A stretch of 64,000 bases of DNA from Octopus bimaculoides (taxonomy: Eukaryota): NCBI RefSeq assembly GCF_001194135.2, contig NC_068986.1:85614670-85678669 (forward strand). Reading direction: 5' to 3'. Below, one piece after another: positions 24,430 to 36,984 of the stretch. A program made the position numbers and the translations under genes. Within the stretch, counting starts at the first letter, position 1, and every line of letters starts with the position of its first letter. The notes below the pieces were generated by a model. That model saw nothing but the letters and a program-made list of their open reading frames with translations, had not been told where the DNA came from and made no database searches.

Positions 24430-25102
24430 GCAGATTTTTACGACTACAGACGCACATACACTAATTAAAATTTCATACGCATACGCACGACCACCTCCAG
24501 AAATTAAACCTTAAATATGCAGACATACACACGCAGAATGTAATTGGGAACTATGAAGTGAAATACTTCAAATCGTGATACTTTGGTGTAGATGGGGCCA
24601 AATTAATCGATCCCAACTCCAACGGATCTGAGTTCTAATTTGAATGCTGTCTCAGCCTTTGCCCTGGAAGTAGTCGTTTTCTTTATGTCATCAGTAAACT
24701 AATTGAATTTTAAAAACATATTTCCATTAGACACCGCAGAATTTGTTTTTCGGACTTGATTTTTACTTAAAGTCTCCTACGTATATATAGGCTTACATTA
24801 TTAAAGGTGTCAGCTGGTAGTCTGGTAGTCTGGTAGTCAGCTGGTAGTCTGAGTAGACCAAATTAATGTGAAATGAATTTCCTTACTCAAGGACTCAACC
24901 TACAGCCCGATCCTGAAATTGAACGTGCGAGTCTATGATCATGGTCTGAACACCCTCAACCTCAGAGACAGACATGTTCGATCTGACTATAGAAATTATC
25001 AAATGGCTTTTCTTAAGATTTAACATTCTTTTATATCATTGTAATATTAATATATATTTCATATTGGAATTAATAGAGCACGTTACATTCTGTTTGAATA
25101 TG

Positions 25103-25830
25103 AGTATGTATGTATGTATGTATGTATGTATGTACTATGTATGTATGTATGTATGCATGTATGTGTGTGTGTATGTACGCATGTGTGTGTGCATGTATTT
25201 ATGTACGTATGTATGTATGAATGTATGTATGCATGTATGTGTGTGTGTATGTATGTATGTGTGTATGTATGCATGTGTGTGTGTATGTATGCATGTGTGT
25301 GTGCATGTATTTATGTATGTATGTATGTATATATGTACGTATGTATGTATGTATGTATGTGTGTATGTATGTATGTGTGTGTATGTATGCATGTGTGTGT
25401 GCNNNNNNNNNNATGCATGTATGTGTGTGTGTATGTATGTATGTGTGTATGTATGCATGTGTGTGTGTATGTATGCATGTGTGTGTGCATGTATTTATGT
25501 ATTTGTGTATGTATGTATGTATGTATGTATGTACGTATGTATGTATGTATGTGTGTGTGTGTATGTATGAATGTGTGTGTGTGTATGTATGCATGTGTGT
25601 GTGCATGTATTTATGTATGTATGTGTGTGTGTATGTATGTACGTATGTATGTATGCATGTGTGTATGTATGCATGTGTATGTGCATGTATTTATGTATGT
25701 ATGTATGTATGTACGTATGTATGTACGTATGTATGTATGTATGTATGTATTATGTGTGTGTGTATGTATGCATGTGTGTGTGCATGTATTTATGTATTTA
25801 TGCATGTATGTATGTATGTAAGTGTGTGCG
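25103..25830. repeat. Long compound (TATG)n/(TG)n microsatellite with higher-order blocks
   Basis: Read directly; 10-N gap at 25403-25412 with similar sequence on both sides. Confidence 0.9.
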
Positions 25831-26019
25831 TGTGCGTGCCTATATTTGTTCTTGTGTGTGTATAATTTATCAAACGCAACATCTCACTTCGGTTGCTTTT
25901 GGACTTACATTTGTTTTTAGTGCCCATCATTATCACCACTGTATAAAACAAGTAAGCGATACGTTCTCAAAGCGAATATCTCTTGAAGTTTTAAGCCAAT
26001 GTTTTCCATTGTTTTCTAG

Positions 26020-26142
26020 AATTCTCGGGCGAATCGCAAGTTGGTGAAATCACTTGTGCGTCAGATAACATGCCTATTGATATTAGTTCCGACATCCGAA
26101 TTCAGAGTTTAACCCCCGGAGCAGTATCATTTAGTACTAGCG
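26020..26142 (+). CDS. Candidate symmetric phase 1-1 exon, (E)FSGESQVGEITCASDNMPIDISSDIRIQSLTPGAVSFSTS(G)
   Basis: Acceptor ccattgttttctAG, donor agcg|GTAATA, 123 nt, open frame. No homology recognised. Confidence 0.3.
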
Positions 26143-26410
26143 GTAATATTTCTTCCTAGATCTTCCTCCTGAAAGAACTGGCTGTGTTTGCATCTGAAGA
26201 AGAAAGGGCCCCGTATAAGTTTAAGTTGCCCAAGTTATGCCAGTTATCCCGGTGCTGCACAATGATTCCAAGAGCAGTTAAGTACCAAATGAAGAAATGT
26301 GACATTGATAATCAATACATTCTCTAATATATCTTACAATTTTACGTATACGTCATTTGAGTAAGATAACGGGTTACATCTAATGATTAAAAGTAATGCA
26401 TTTATGTGAA

Positions 26411-26719
26411 GGTGCGTGGCTTAGTGGTTAGGTTAATCGGCTCACGATCGTGAAAAAAATCTTGTGTTCGATTCCCGGCGGCGCGTTGTATCCTTGAGCG
26501 AGATACTTTATTTCAAGTTGTTCCAGTCTACTCAACTGGCGGAAATTAGTTGTACTTGGAACTCAAAGAGCTAGCCTTGTCACACTCTGTGTCACGCGAA
26601 ATCTCCCTGAGAATTTCGTTAAGGGTACGCACGTCTGTGGGGTGCTCCGCCACTTGAACGTTATTTTCACGTGCAGGTTGTTCCGTTGATCGGATCAACA
26701 AGAACCTTCGTCTTCGTAA
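26411..26719 (+). mobile_element. tRNA-derived SINE family C
   Basis: A-box TGGCTTAGTGG 26417-26427, B-box GTTCGATTCCC 26466-26476; 3' half shared with 37156-37309. Confidence 0.85.
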
Positions 26720-27857
26720 GTGACACAATGCCGTATACTTAGTACCTATTTCATCAAATGCTAGAGGACATATACCAAAGTTGTCTTTTTGGGGTTTTTT
26801 TCCTTACTCGCTATCAGTCTTAAGACCAACAATCATACCAACCAATATGAATCGTTTCATAATGATACTAATGTGGTAGAATATGTGACTATATGACAGA
26901 TTATATATTACTTTGTATGTTCAATGAATCTCCATCACTCGCCGCGGTCATTGTTTACTTCAGTATATATGTCCTCCTGTGTATAGCGTCTAATACATGA
27001 GAGAAATTAAATAAATAATTGTCAGACAGTACACTCTTTTCTTTTTCTCCGTCTCTCTTTTCTTTAAACCAAAATACCGAAATTTGTTCCACATATACGA
27101 AGAAACAATGACTGAGAGGTTAAACGCCAAATTTCTTTTGTTATTATATATTTCCATCAATATGGTTGATTTACCTTCCCTTTTCAGTCGGCAGAAAACT
27201 TCAGGTTCATTTGCCAATTTCTATTGATTATAATTACAAACTTGGCTAACAAACCTTGTAAGTTAAAGATATATTTCGAGTTATTTTTACTCTGAAGTTA
27301 GAAAACTTCCAATTTCGCTCTTGATATAAATTGGAATTGTTGTCAAAATATAAAATGATATTGAAATGTCCACTTTATTAAAACTATAATAACTTTTGTG
27401 ATTACTTAAAGCGAGAGATAATTTAGGAAAAAGAAGTGTGATGAGCTTTACAAGTCTACAAATCTGAATTATAGAAATATTTAAAATAAGAAAGAATTTT
27501 CACAAAGTGTTATGTCGTGTTATGTCGTAAGGGAGAAAAGGCTTTTTGAAGTTCATATATTTGTTAGGTGTTTCACTAACGTTGCAAAAATAAAACAGTA
27601 AGGTAGAAGAATTATAGAAACGACTCACAAACCAGTACAAATATACTTGTACAGCGATAGGCACACACTCTCTCTCACAACTATATACTTATAAAAGCAT
27701 ATACATAAATACACATACACAAACGTAAACACACACATATACACACGCATACATATATATTTATATACATGCACGCACGCACAAACACAAACTCACACAG
27801 ACACACACATATTTACATACGTGCATACATACACCTATACGAAGGCCCACAAAATAA

Positions 27858-27944
<87 letters not shown>

Positions 27945-28163
27945 CATGGTTGAGGAGGGTAATATATTTCCAACCTTACCACTGCTCTCTTTATCCTTTA
28001 TATGTATATATAACAAAACTGTCCGATGAACGGGAACGTGAAACTCAGAGTAACGGTTTTTTTGTTATATTTCTGCTGCTTTTAAATAAAGCATATTACT
28101 CTACCTCTGGTATTTGAGTACTCTTTTTTCCACCTTGTTGCACATTTCATGTGCTTACTCCGG

Positions 28164-28230
<67 letters not shown>

Positions 28231-28299
28231 AGAAGTATACATACGTATATACATTTAGTCACATGTATGGAACTATACACATATGCACACACACACATA

Positions 28300-28450
28300 C
28301 GAGTTCTGATCAATAAGTATCCGGACTGTTACCATAGTATCGAAGCTAAAACATGCAGAGTGAAACCGCTTGGTACACATTGACCTTGAATTCTGTTGTT
28401 CATGCGCACCTAGTTTTAACGTTCTTGGAGACCGACAACCAGTAGAACTG
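28300..28450 (+). mobile_element. Internally deleted mariner left end (same family as 15833)
   Basis: TA+cgagttctgatcaataagtatccggactg, then jumps to ggagaccgacaaccagtagaactgg (compare 16180-16203). Confidence 0.75.
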
Positions 28451-28464
28451 GTTACAAGTTACAA

Positions 28465-29416
28465 CTATTTTATATTGGTAACATAAAAATCTGGATTTCT
28501 GGAGCTTAAGAACTTTCTGAACGTACATTCAGCATCAACTTGAGTTTTGAACTCCTTCCCTTGCAGGTAACCATCAAGGTGCTTGAAAAAGTAGTAGTCG
28601 GCATGAGAAAGGTCTAGGAATAAGCTGGATGGAGAAGAACGTCGTAGCCAAGATCCCTCAACTTCTGGAGCATCGTTAGTGAAACGTGTGGTCGAGCATG
28701 AAGAAGGATTGGCCATCTTCTGTTGACCAGTCTAGGACGAAGGAGTAGCAGTTCATTTGGCAATTTCATTTGGCAATTCATTTGGCAATTTCATGACAAT
28801 ATGTTTCTGCAGTAATGGATTTCCCGGGTTTTATGAAGTTATAGTGGATGAGTCCAGCAGTATACCACCAAACAGTCACCATAGCTTTCTCTTTGAAGAG
28901 CTCGGGTTTTGGGAAGTTTTTCGGTGCTTCAGTTAGGTCCAACTACTGTGAAGGACGTTATTTTATTATTGTATAGAATCCACTTTTCATTGCAAGTTAC
29001 AATACAGTCGAGAAATGGCGAAGAAGTGACGAGCAACTTTCATATATGAGCATTCTCTGATTTTCATTCAAATCGTGTGGTACCCATTTGTTGAGCTTTT
29101 TTGATTTTCCGATCGCTTGCAGTTTTCTGGCTAACTTGAAGTTCTTTTGCCAGTTCTCGGGTGGTTTTACATGGATCTTTCTCAATGACGGTCTTTAACT
29201 GACCGTCATTAATGACAGATGGGCGGTCACTACGCTCACAAAGTTCAAGGCTCAAGTCTCCACAGTGAAATCGTTTAAACCATTTTCGAGCTACCATTCA
29301 CTAGTCATTTCCTCACCAAACGTTTTGTAGTTATCGGGAGCAGTTTCAGCTACTTTACGTCCGTTTCTGAAGTTGAATAGTAAAATTGTTCGAATATCGT
29401 GCTCTGACAGTTCCAT
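28465..29416 (-). pseudogene. Mariner transposase pseudogene (second subfamily)
   Basis: MELSEHDIRTILLFNFRNG...RKWFKRFHCGDLSLE..RSDRPS...WVPHDLNENQ...DLSHADYYFFKHLDGYL; WVPHEL- and SPDLAP-like motifs; several frameshifts. Confidence 0.9.
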
Positions 29417-29429
29417 TTAAGATGATTGT

Positions 29430-30465
29430 AACAAAGTTTTCTTTATTGCGCACAGGAGGCCCAACATAGAGAGAGAGGGTATAAATCCAGGAGATGCCTC
29501 AGCCTCAGCGCATGTCTGCGCATCAACAGCCAAGGCATCCTTAATCCACACTTTAATGGGTGCTGGCAGCAGACAGAGCGCTTTATAAGAGAACTTCTAC
29601 CCCACCACAAAAAGCGGAAGAGCAGCCACTCCAATTAGATCAGCCACGAACGTGGAGAAAGCACGATGGTTTGACGGCAGGTAATCACAGAAACGATAAA
29701 CGCTCCTGCGACCTACGCTCTTCCTTTCATAGATAACCGCCACTCAGACCATGTCTGAGTTAGGTGGCTCATCTCGCTAAAAACCTAGCATTTTAACAGG
29801 CTCCTCCATCCAACGCTCTTGGACGTTGTTGGGAGTTATCGTCTTGCCTCTCCAGGTGTCGAGTTGCAGACCGACTGACTTATCTCGGTTAACTTTCGCT
29901 CCTGCCACTGCCTTGTCGTCCTTAATAGCTTTGCCTACCATCTGTAGGTGTGCCATCGCAGACACGATGATGGTGAGGTCATCTGTGTAAGCTGAAACCT
30001 TCCTACTGCAACATAGTTCGCGTGCGATACCCCTGAAGCCCTCCAACTTCAACTTCCGCAGTAAGGGCTCTAGAGTCAACATATAGAGAAGTGGAGAGAG
30101 AGAGAGAAAGAGAGGACATCATTGATGAACAGAACGCTTGATGCTGAACGGCTCCGGGAAGAACCCGTTCACTTGAACGATCGAGTTAATATTGCTGTAT
30201 AAAGCAATGCTCCACTCGCGGAAGACGGGGTCGAGCCCGAATGCTGCGGGGACCGACACCAGATACCGAAGGTCACCCCTATCAAAAGCTTTCGACTGAT
30301 CTAAATGGACCAGCACCCCACCATTGTCAGGCGACCCGTTAACACTCGCTAAGGTGTAGTGTCGAAGGTGAAGATTGTCGTGTATGGATCTGCCAGGAAC
30401 GGCCGAAGTTTGTGTCTCCCCGACAATTCCACCCACGACACGCGCCAACATTTTTGCTAGTGACC
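29430..30465 (-). pseudogene. L1/Tx1-clade LINE reverse transcriptase fragment
   Basis: QTSAVPGRSIHDNL...LDQSKAFDR...SVHQ(GCPLSP)...LEPLLRKL...SAYTDDLT...GAKVNRDKS. Confidence 0.88.
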
Positions 30466-30617
30466 GTCCTGTATCAATATATGCATGTATATATATATAC
30501 ACTCTCAGACACACACATATATGTAAACGCACATATAAACCNNNNNNNNNNATATATATACAATTTATTATTCAAATTTGACGCGACGCATCCATTTCCA
30601 AGTAAATTTATATATGT

Positions 30618-30659
<42 letters not shown>

Positions 30660-31728
30660 CAATGATTATATATGTATATATATATACACTCTCAGACACA
30701 CACATATATGTAAACGCACATATAAACCTATACAAGCAATTACACACATAAACAAAATAGATACAAACGCATTCATGCAAATAGACAAGAAAAATAAATT
30801 GATTAATAAACAGATAGATAACTAACAAGCAAAAACAAATCGAATGAAAAGACTCGGTATGTCTAGATACGGCATGCCCCTAAAGAAGATAGCTGAAATG
30901 ATATTGGTCGTGAACTTACTTTATCATGATTTACTTATTGTTAAAGAATAACCGCTATTGAACTATCAATATCTGGCTGCAATTCACCTTCTAATATCTT
31001 CATTTTGATTTCTATAAGCGTTCTACAGTGTTTAATAATAAACAGTCAAGTCTAGCAGTTATATGGCAATATTTAATGCATTGATTACAATAACAAAACA
31101 TGAGGTATTTAAATAAAATAAAATGAGGCAAGGATGCGTTCTGTCTGTCAACGGAAGCGATATTAAAGAAGCCATATAAAAGGCAAGTAATAAACGTATT
31201 CACAATTAATAAAATGGTCTCCAGAATTACAATGTCAAAAACACGTAATGTTGTCTGATCGACAGCGCCATCAGTTCTGCTATTGTGAGTATAATTGTGA
31301 AGTCTGTGAACTGTATGAATGAATATATGCTTCTGTGTGTGTGTGTGTGAAGATATATTATGGATTTAATCAAGTATATTTCTCTTTCTTTCTGCACACT
31401 TTCTACACTTCTTTGACTCAAATCTTCCAATAAAGAAAAAAAAAAAAAGATTATTAGGGGTGTTAAATGTACACATCAGCACCAGAAGTGCACGATGAAT
31501 ATAAGAAAAAGTCTTAACATTATCTACTGTTCTACACTCATATATGTGCATGCACGCATCCTCATTAACACACGTGCTCTCTGCTATACAGACTCAGTGA
31601 CACACACACATACTAACACACACACATATATGTATATATACATATATTAATAGTAATGGTAAGACTATGTATGTATGTATGTATGTATGTATGTATGTAT
31701 GTATATATATGTATGTATGTATGTATGT

Positions 31729-31967
31729 ATTTTTTTTTTTTAAGTTTCAGCTTAGAGCTGCGGCCATGCTGATGCACCACCGTATTGCTACACTGTTATT
31801 ACAGGGAACCTCTTACAATATGTGGCACTTGGTGAAGAATGGAGTTTGATTTAGCAACCCTCATTTGCACCTCCTGCCGCGAGGTAGGTTCATCTGGGAC
31901 TCTCGATAGGAAGAGGTCCAGCTTTGATTTAAAAACTCCTACATCTACTTTGTGCAGATTCCTCAGG
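31729..31967 (-). mobile_element. 3' end of CR1-like LINE with 3' UTR and A-tail
   Basis: LRNLHKVDVGVFKSKLDLFLSRVPDEPTSRQ...SNS; tail ggtggtgcatcagcatggccgcagctctaagctgaaac followed by poly(A). Confidence 0.85.
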
Positions 31968-32760
31968 NNNNNNNNNNNNNNNNNNNNNNNNNNNNNNNNN
32001 NNNNNNNNNNNNNNNNNNNNNNNNNNNNNNNNNNNNNNNNNNNNNNNNNNNNNNNNNNNNNNNNNNNNNNNNNNNNNNNNNNNNNNNNNNNNNNNNNNNN
32101 NNNNNNNNNNNNNNNNNNNNNNNNNNNNNNNNNNNNNNNNNNNNNNNNNNNNNNNNNNNNNNNNNNNNNNNNNNNNNNNNNNNNNNNNNNNNNNNNNNNN
32201 NNNNNNNNNNNNNNNNNNNNNNNNNNNNNNNNNNNNNNNNNNNNNNNNNNNNNNNNNNNNNNNNNNNNNNNNNNNNNNNNNNNNNNNNNNNNNNNNNNNN
32301 NNNNNNNNNNNNNNNNNNNNNNNNNNNNNNNNNNNNNNNNNNNNNNNNNNNNNNNNNNNNNNNNNNNNNNNNNNNNNNNNNNNNNNNNNNNNNNNNNNNN
32401 NNNNNNNNNNNNNNNNNNNNNNNNNNNNNNNNNNNNNNNNNNNNNNNNNNNNNNNNNNNNNNNNNNNNNNNNNNNNNNNNNNNNNNNNNNNNNNNNNNNN
32501 NNNNNNNNNNNNNNNNNNNNNNNNNNNNNNNNNNNNNNNNNNNNNNNNNNNNNNNNNNNNNNNNNNNNNNNNNNNNNNNNNNNNNNNNNNNNNNNNNNNN
32601 NNNNNNNNNNNNNNNNNNNNNNNNNNNNNNNNNNNNNNNNNNNNNNNNNNNNNNNNNNNNNNNNNNNNNNNNNNNNNNNNNNNNNNNNNNNNNNNNNNNN
32701 NNNNNNNNNNNNNNNNNNNNNNNNNNNNNNNNNNATATATATCTATATATATATATATAT

Positions 32761-33190
32761 ATACCAAAACGTGCTAGAAATAGATCACATCTTGTGTCTA
32801 TTAAGACCTTTCTGATGATTGCGGTTACATTACAAATCAGGCTGAAGAGGAATAGACAAATGGTAAGAATTTGTTAAATCCGAAACCGGTCCCTGTTTAA
32901 GAATGCTTTTTTAGGTGATTTTAAATGTCTTGCCCGCTCACGTTTTGGTATGTTGATATATTTCATGTTGAGAACAATTTAGGTCTTAATAGACGCAAGA
33001 TGTGATCTATTTCTAGCGCATTAATTGTCCACGTTAGTGGTCGACGTTATTTTTTAAAAATGTACCTTAATCCCCTGAGATTGCAGATAATATTTCTGAA
33101 TCTCTTTGATTCTTTAGATGTGCTGGCCTCCTGATAATTAATCGATATTAATTAATATATGAATAATTACCAGACTTTATAATAATATTT
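32761..33190 (+). mobile_element. Hammerhead-bearing inverted-repeat element (Penelope-like, non-autonomous)
   Basis: 37-bp inverted repeat 32773-32809 / 32981-33017 (1 mismatch); 13-bp inverted repeat 32761-32773 / 32939-32951; (TA)n on both sides; body similar to 44354-44730 read on minus. Confidence 0.72.
32838..32895 (+). ncRNA. Type I hammerhead ribozyme, core fully intact
   Basis: CAGG-CTGAAGA-GGAatagacaaat(ggtaaga)atttgttaaaTCC-GAAAC-cg-GTC-CCTG; G10.1-C11.1, 11 of 13 pairs in stem II, palindromic ACCGGT, predicted cut 32891/32892. Confidence 0.85.
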
Positions 33191-33210
33191 ATATATATAT
33201 ATATATATAT

Positions 33211-33754
33211 ATATTAATAGTAATGGTATGACAACTAAAGAATGAATGAGACCTCAATATTATGTAAATAGAGGAATTTATCTGTAATATAATATGTGAC
33301 AATAATTCGTTACCATAATAAGACTCTGGGTTTCGGATGTCGAGGCGGAAACCTGCTCCGGCATCTTGTCAATTATCTAGGCAATCGAAAAATGCTATGG
33401 GAATGACCGTTAAACAAAGTGAATTTACTGTGTGATTGACCGTTATTAAGACAAAAGAACTATTGGAATGACCGTTAAATAAGGGGAAAAAACCGAAGGG
33501 GAGAAAGTAAAAAGTAAAGAAGTAAATACTTTCTCCACTTCGATTTTTATCCCCTTATTTAACGGTCATTCTAATAGCTTTTTTGTCTTAATAACAATCA
33601 TTTACATAGTAATTTCCCTTTGTTTAACGGTCATTTTCATAGCATATTTTAATTGCCTCGATAACTGAAGAGATGCCGGTGCAGGTTTCCGCCCCGACAT
33701 CCAAAACCTGGAGTCTTATGACGGCAACGGAATAGATTCCACATATATTACAGG
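33211..33754. mobile_element. Roughly 470-bp imperfect palindrome (foldback) with two decayed hammerheads
   Basis: Arms 33281-33510 and 33528-33754, 17-nt loop; hammerhead-like motifs at 33661-33719 (+) and 33318-33376 (-); (TA)n flanks. Confidence 0.8.
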
Positions 33755-34075
33755 TATATATATNNNNNNNNNNNNNNNNNNNNNNNNNNNNNNNNNNNNN
33801 NNNNNNNNNNNNNNNNNNNNNNNNNNNNNNNNNNNNNNNNNNNNNNNNNNNNNNNNNNNNNNNNNNNNNNNNNNNNNNNNNNNNNNNNNNNNNNNNNNNN
33901 NNNNNNNNNNNNNNNNNNNNNNNNNNNNNNNNNNNNNNNNNNNNNNNNNNNNNNNNNNNNNNNNNNNNNNNNNNNNNNNNNNNNNNNNNNNNNNNNNNNN
34001 NNNNNNNNNNNNNNNNNNNNNNNNNNNNNNNNNNNNNNNNNNNNNNNNNNNNNNNNNNNNNNNNNNNNNNNATAT

Positions 34076-34148
34076 ATACGACGGGCTTCTTTCAGTTTCC
34101 GTCTATCAAATCCACTCACAAGGCTTTGGTCGGCCCCAGGCTGTATAG
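34076..34148 (-). mobile_element. SINE family B fragment
   Basis: acgacgggcttctttcagtttccgtctatcaaatccactcacaaggctttggtcggcc. Confidence 0.8.
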
Positions 34149-36079
34149 TGATAGATAGATAGATAGATAGATAGATATATAGATAGATATATATAGATAG
34201 ATAGATAGTTATTGATCTTATAAATATTCTTATCTATATACACAAGGGACACATGCACATACGTATACACGTTAGAAGTTTTGTGATTGGATTTCGTTAT
34301 TTTTTATCTCTTCACTGTGATAAGATAAGCCAATTCACATTTGGCCAGATTGCAGTTTAGGTTATTGTGTTTCTTCTGGGCAGAGACATATTCTAAAGTT
34401 CAGCAGGTCCACCTAACACGGCTATCTCTCCGCAGAGTTCTCGCTATGCCCTGACTACTGACGTGCAGGCAGGCGCTAAAGATAAGGAAACAGTGAGGCA
34501 AACAGTGGAAGAGATTCTTGAACGATGAGCAAGTGCTGTAACTATTTGGCATACATACGTTTCCACAATTCGTTTCAAAGATGAAACTACACTCCTGAGT
34601 AAAGTGAAAGCAAAGAATCCGTGGCTGTCATTTCGTGGGTGTTATGTCAAACGTTACTTCTAGCCTGGTTCCAGACCATATGCTTTTGCACTACTGCTTC
34701 ATGGAAGTATGTGTTGGGCAGAGAATAAACAAAAGTGTTAACGTATTCTGTTACGATCGATCGTGAAATTTGTAGTTCTTTGTCGTTTTATGCTATATAT
34801 TTCTTCCACTCAGGATTCAAAAGATAGTCCTTCAGTTACATAACTCTCCGACCAACCACTTGCCGCAAAACGAAATCCTACTGCGAAGTCACATACATCT
34901 GAATGAAATACTGCAACACGCTTCTGACTTTGTTCGAGGCTTATTTTTACGTCAAGCCTACAATGACCCCTACCGGTTGATTGTTACCTTTTCTTTTTAG
35001 CACGCAAACTCTGACTGCAACACAATTTTTGCGTTTAGCATGCCTGTTGCGATGCCTTTTTAATTGCTTCTTTTAGCTTTCTAACTAGCCCCACCTCTAA
35101 TCTAGTTCTTAAGGAATATTGCATCTAAATACGACATAGAAGTCGAATGTCTTAGTTCCATGTCCACCATAACATATTCGTGAAATCCAATCGGTCCTAG
35201 TCAGAGTGATGGAATTTTCTGAGCAGGTTTTCGAAAATTTTGCGCCAGATGCTCCTACGGGTTAAACTTAGACACAAGACGACGGTGCACTAAACAACAA
35301 CCACAACAATTGCTCAAACTTTTAGCAAAAGGCAAGCGATTTAAGAAGGAAAGGGTTATTCGATAATTTTAAGTCTTCAACATGAATGACACATTATAAT
35401 TTCGAGCCAGTAATGAGAAACGTTAAGATTGACCTCGGCGAGAATTAAACTCGGAGCATAAGAACCTAGAAACAATACGATTAGGCATTGTTTCGAACGC
35501 TGTAACTATTATATCAAGCCAAAGAGTATACAAATAACAAAGTTTGTTTGCAAGAGTATTTTTGATTCATCATATTCATGACAAGCTTCGCTATAGAACA
35601 TGACTAGTTTGCAAATATTGAAAGGATGAAGCCATATTTATGTCTGAAGCTCATCTTAGCAGTATAGCGTCCATGCATTATTACTTTTGATTAACTGTGA
35701 ACAAATCGCTGCGTAAGAAGCTTTTGGGTAGTTTCAATTCCAATTTGGTTCTACCTTACTTTTTATCCTTTTCCAGCTTTCAAGCTGTCAGCAAAAATTA
35801 CTTTAAATTTTGTAGACACTTTTATTCTTTGCGTTGTGTCTATAATAAGAATAATAGAAATCCGAAGAAAGATGTATAAATATAACTGAATATTTTGTAA
35901 GCAGTGTGTTGTGCGCATGTTTGCATGCATGTATGTATGCATTCGGTATGTAGTTATGTATATGTGTTTTTGTGCATATATGTATATATTTGTGGATTTG
36001 TGAGTGTATCTAAATATATATATATGTATGCATATACATATATATGTATATATGCATAAATACGTCTCTCTTTGTATAT

Positions 36080-36119
<40 letters not shown>

Positions 36120-36194
36120 GCTTGTATGTATATAGGTATGGTTGTATGTACGCATGTATCTATGTACGTGTATATATATACATGTATTATATAT

Positions 36195-36225
<31 letters not shown>

Positions 36226-36555
36226 CAAATAGATAAATAAACACACACACATACACTCAAACTCACATAATTGTAGGTGCGTGTCTTTCTTGCTGTTCAT
36301 ATGTAAAAACAAATGCACGCATGCATGTGCATAATGGTGTACATATACGTACGCCTATGTGTGTGCGTGCGTGTGTGTGTTTGTGTGTGAATATGTATCT
36401 GCATGTTTCTGTTTATTTTTGTGTACAACACAATTAAAGACAAAAGCACCGTATTTAGAAATCAGTGTTTGCATCATGTCATCAGAAAATACAGATCCTC
36501 GGAATAGAACAATTACTTGGAGCGTAACCACGTTTAGAATGTAAATATACAATAT

Positions 36556-36772
36556 TTCTTTTGTTCTCTAGGCATAAGGCCGGAAATTTTTAGGGAGTGG
36601 GGACAAGTCGACTAAATCGACCTCAGTATGTAACTGGTACTTAATTTATCGAGCAGTAAGGATGAAAGGCAAAGTCGACCACCGCGGAATTTGAAATCAG
36701 AACGTAAAGACAGACGAAATATCACTAAGCATTTCGCCAGGCGTGCTAACGTTCCTGACAGCTCGCCGCCCT
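36556..36772 (-). mobile_element. SINE family A
   Basis: Full head-to-tail match to other family A copies. Confidence 0.88.
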
Positions 36773-36984
36773 AAATATTTTACAAAAACACTGGTTGGAA
36801 CTGTTGGATTTACCTGCCACACCTGAGGATTTACCTGCCACACTTGAGGATTTACCTGGGATTTGTATTCTACATACATTTACTGCTATCTTCTTGTTGG
36901 AAATTTAACCTTATTCCTTTATACTGAGTGTTGACTTGATATCTGTCAAGAACGTTTAATCCTATTTTTTATTCTTATATATAG

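Noticed and set aside
34400-34600. Candidate small exons on both strands (GPPNTAISPQ...EILER*; ECSFIFETNCGN)
   Set aside because: Short and mutually conflicting; signals of this strength occur by chance.
36806-36858. 21-bp tandem repeat (about 2.5 units); also 8-bp repeats at 24810-24852 and 12/13-bp repeats near 28751-28792
   Set aside because: Ordinary slippage minisatellites; no unique spacers, so not CRISPR-like.
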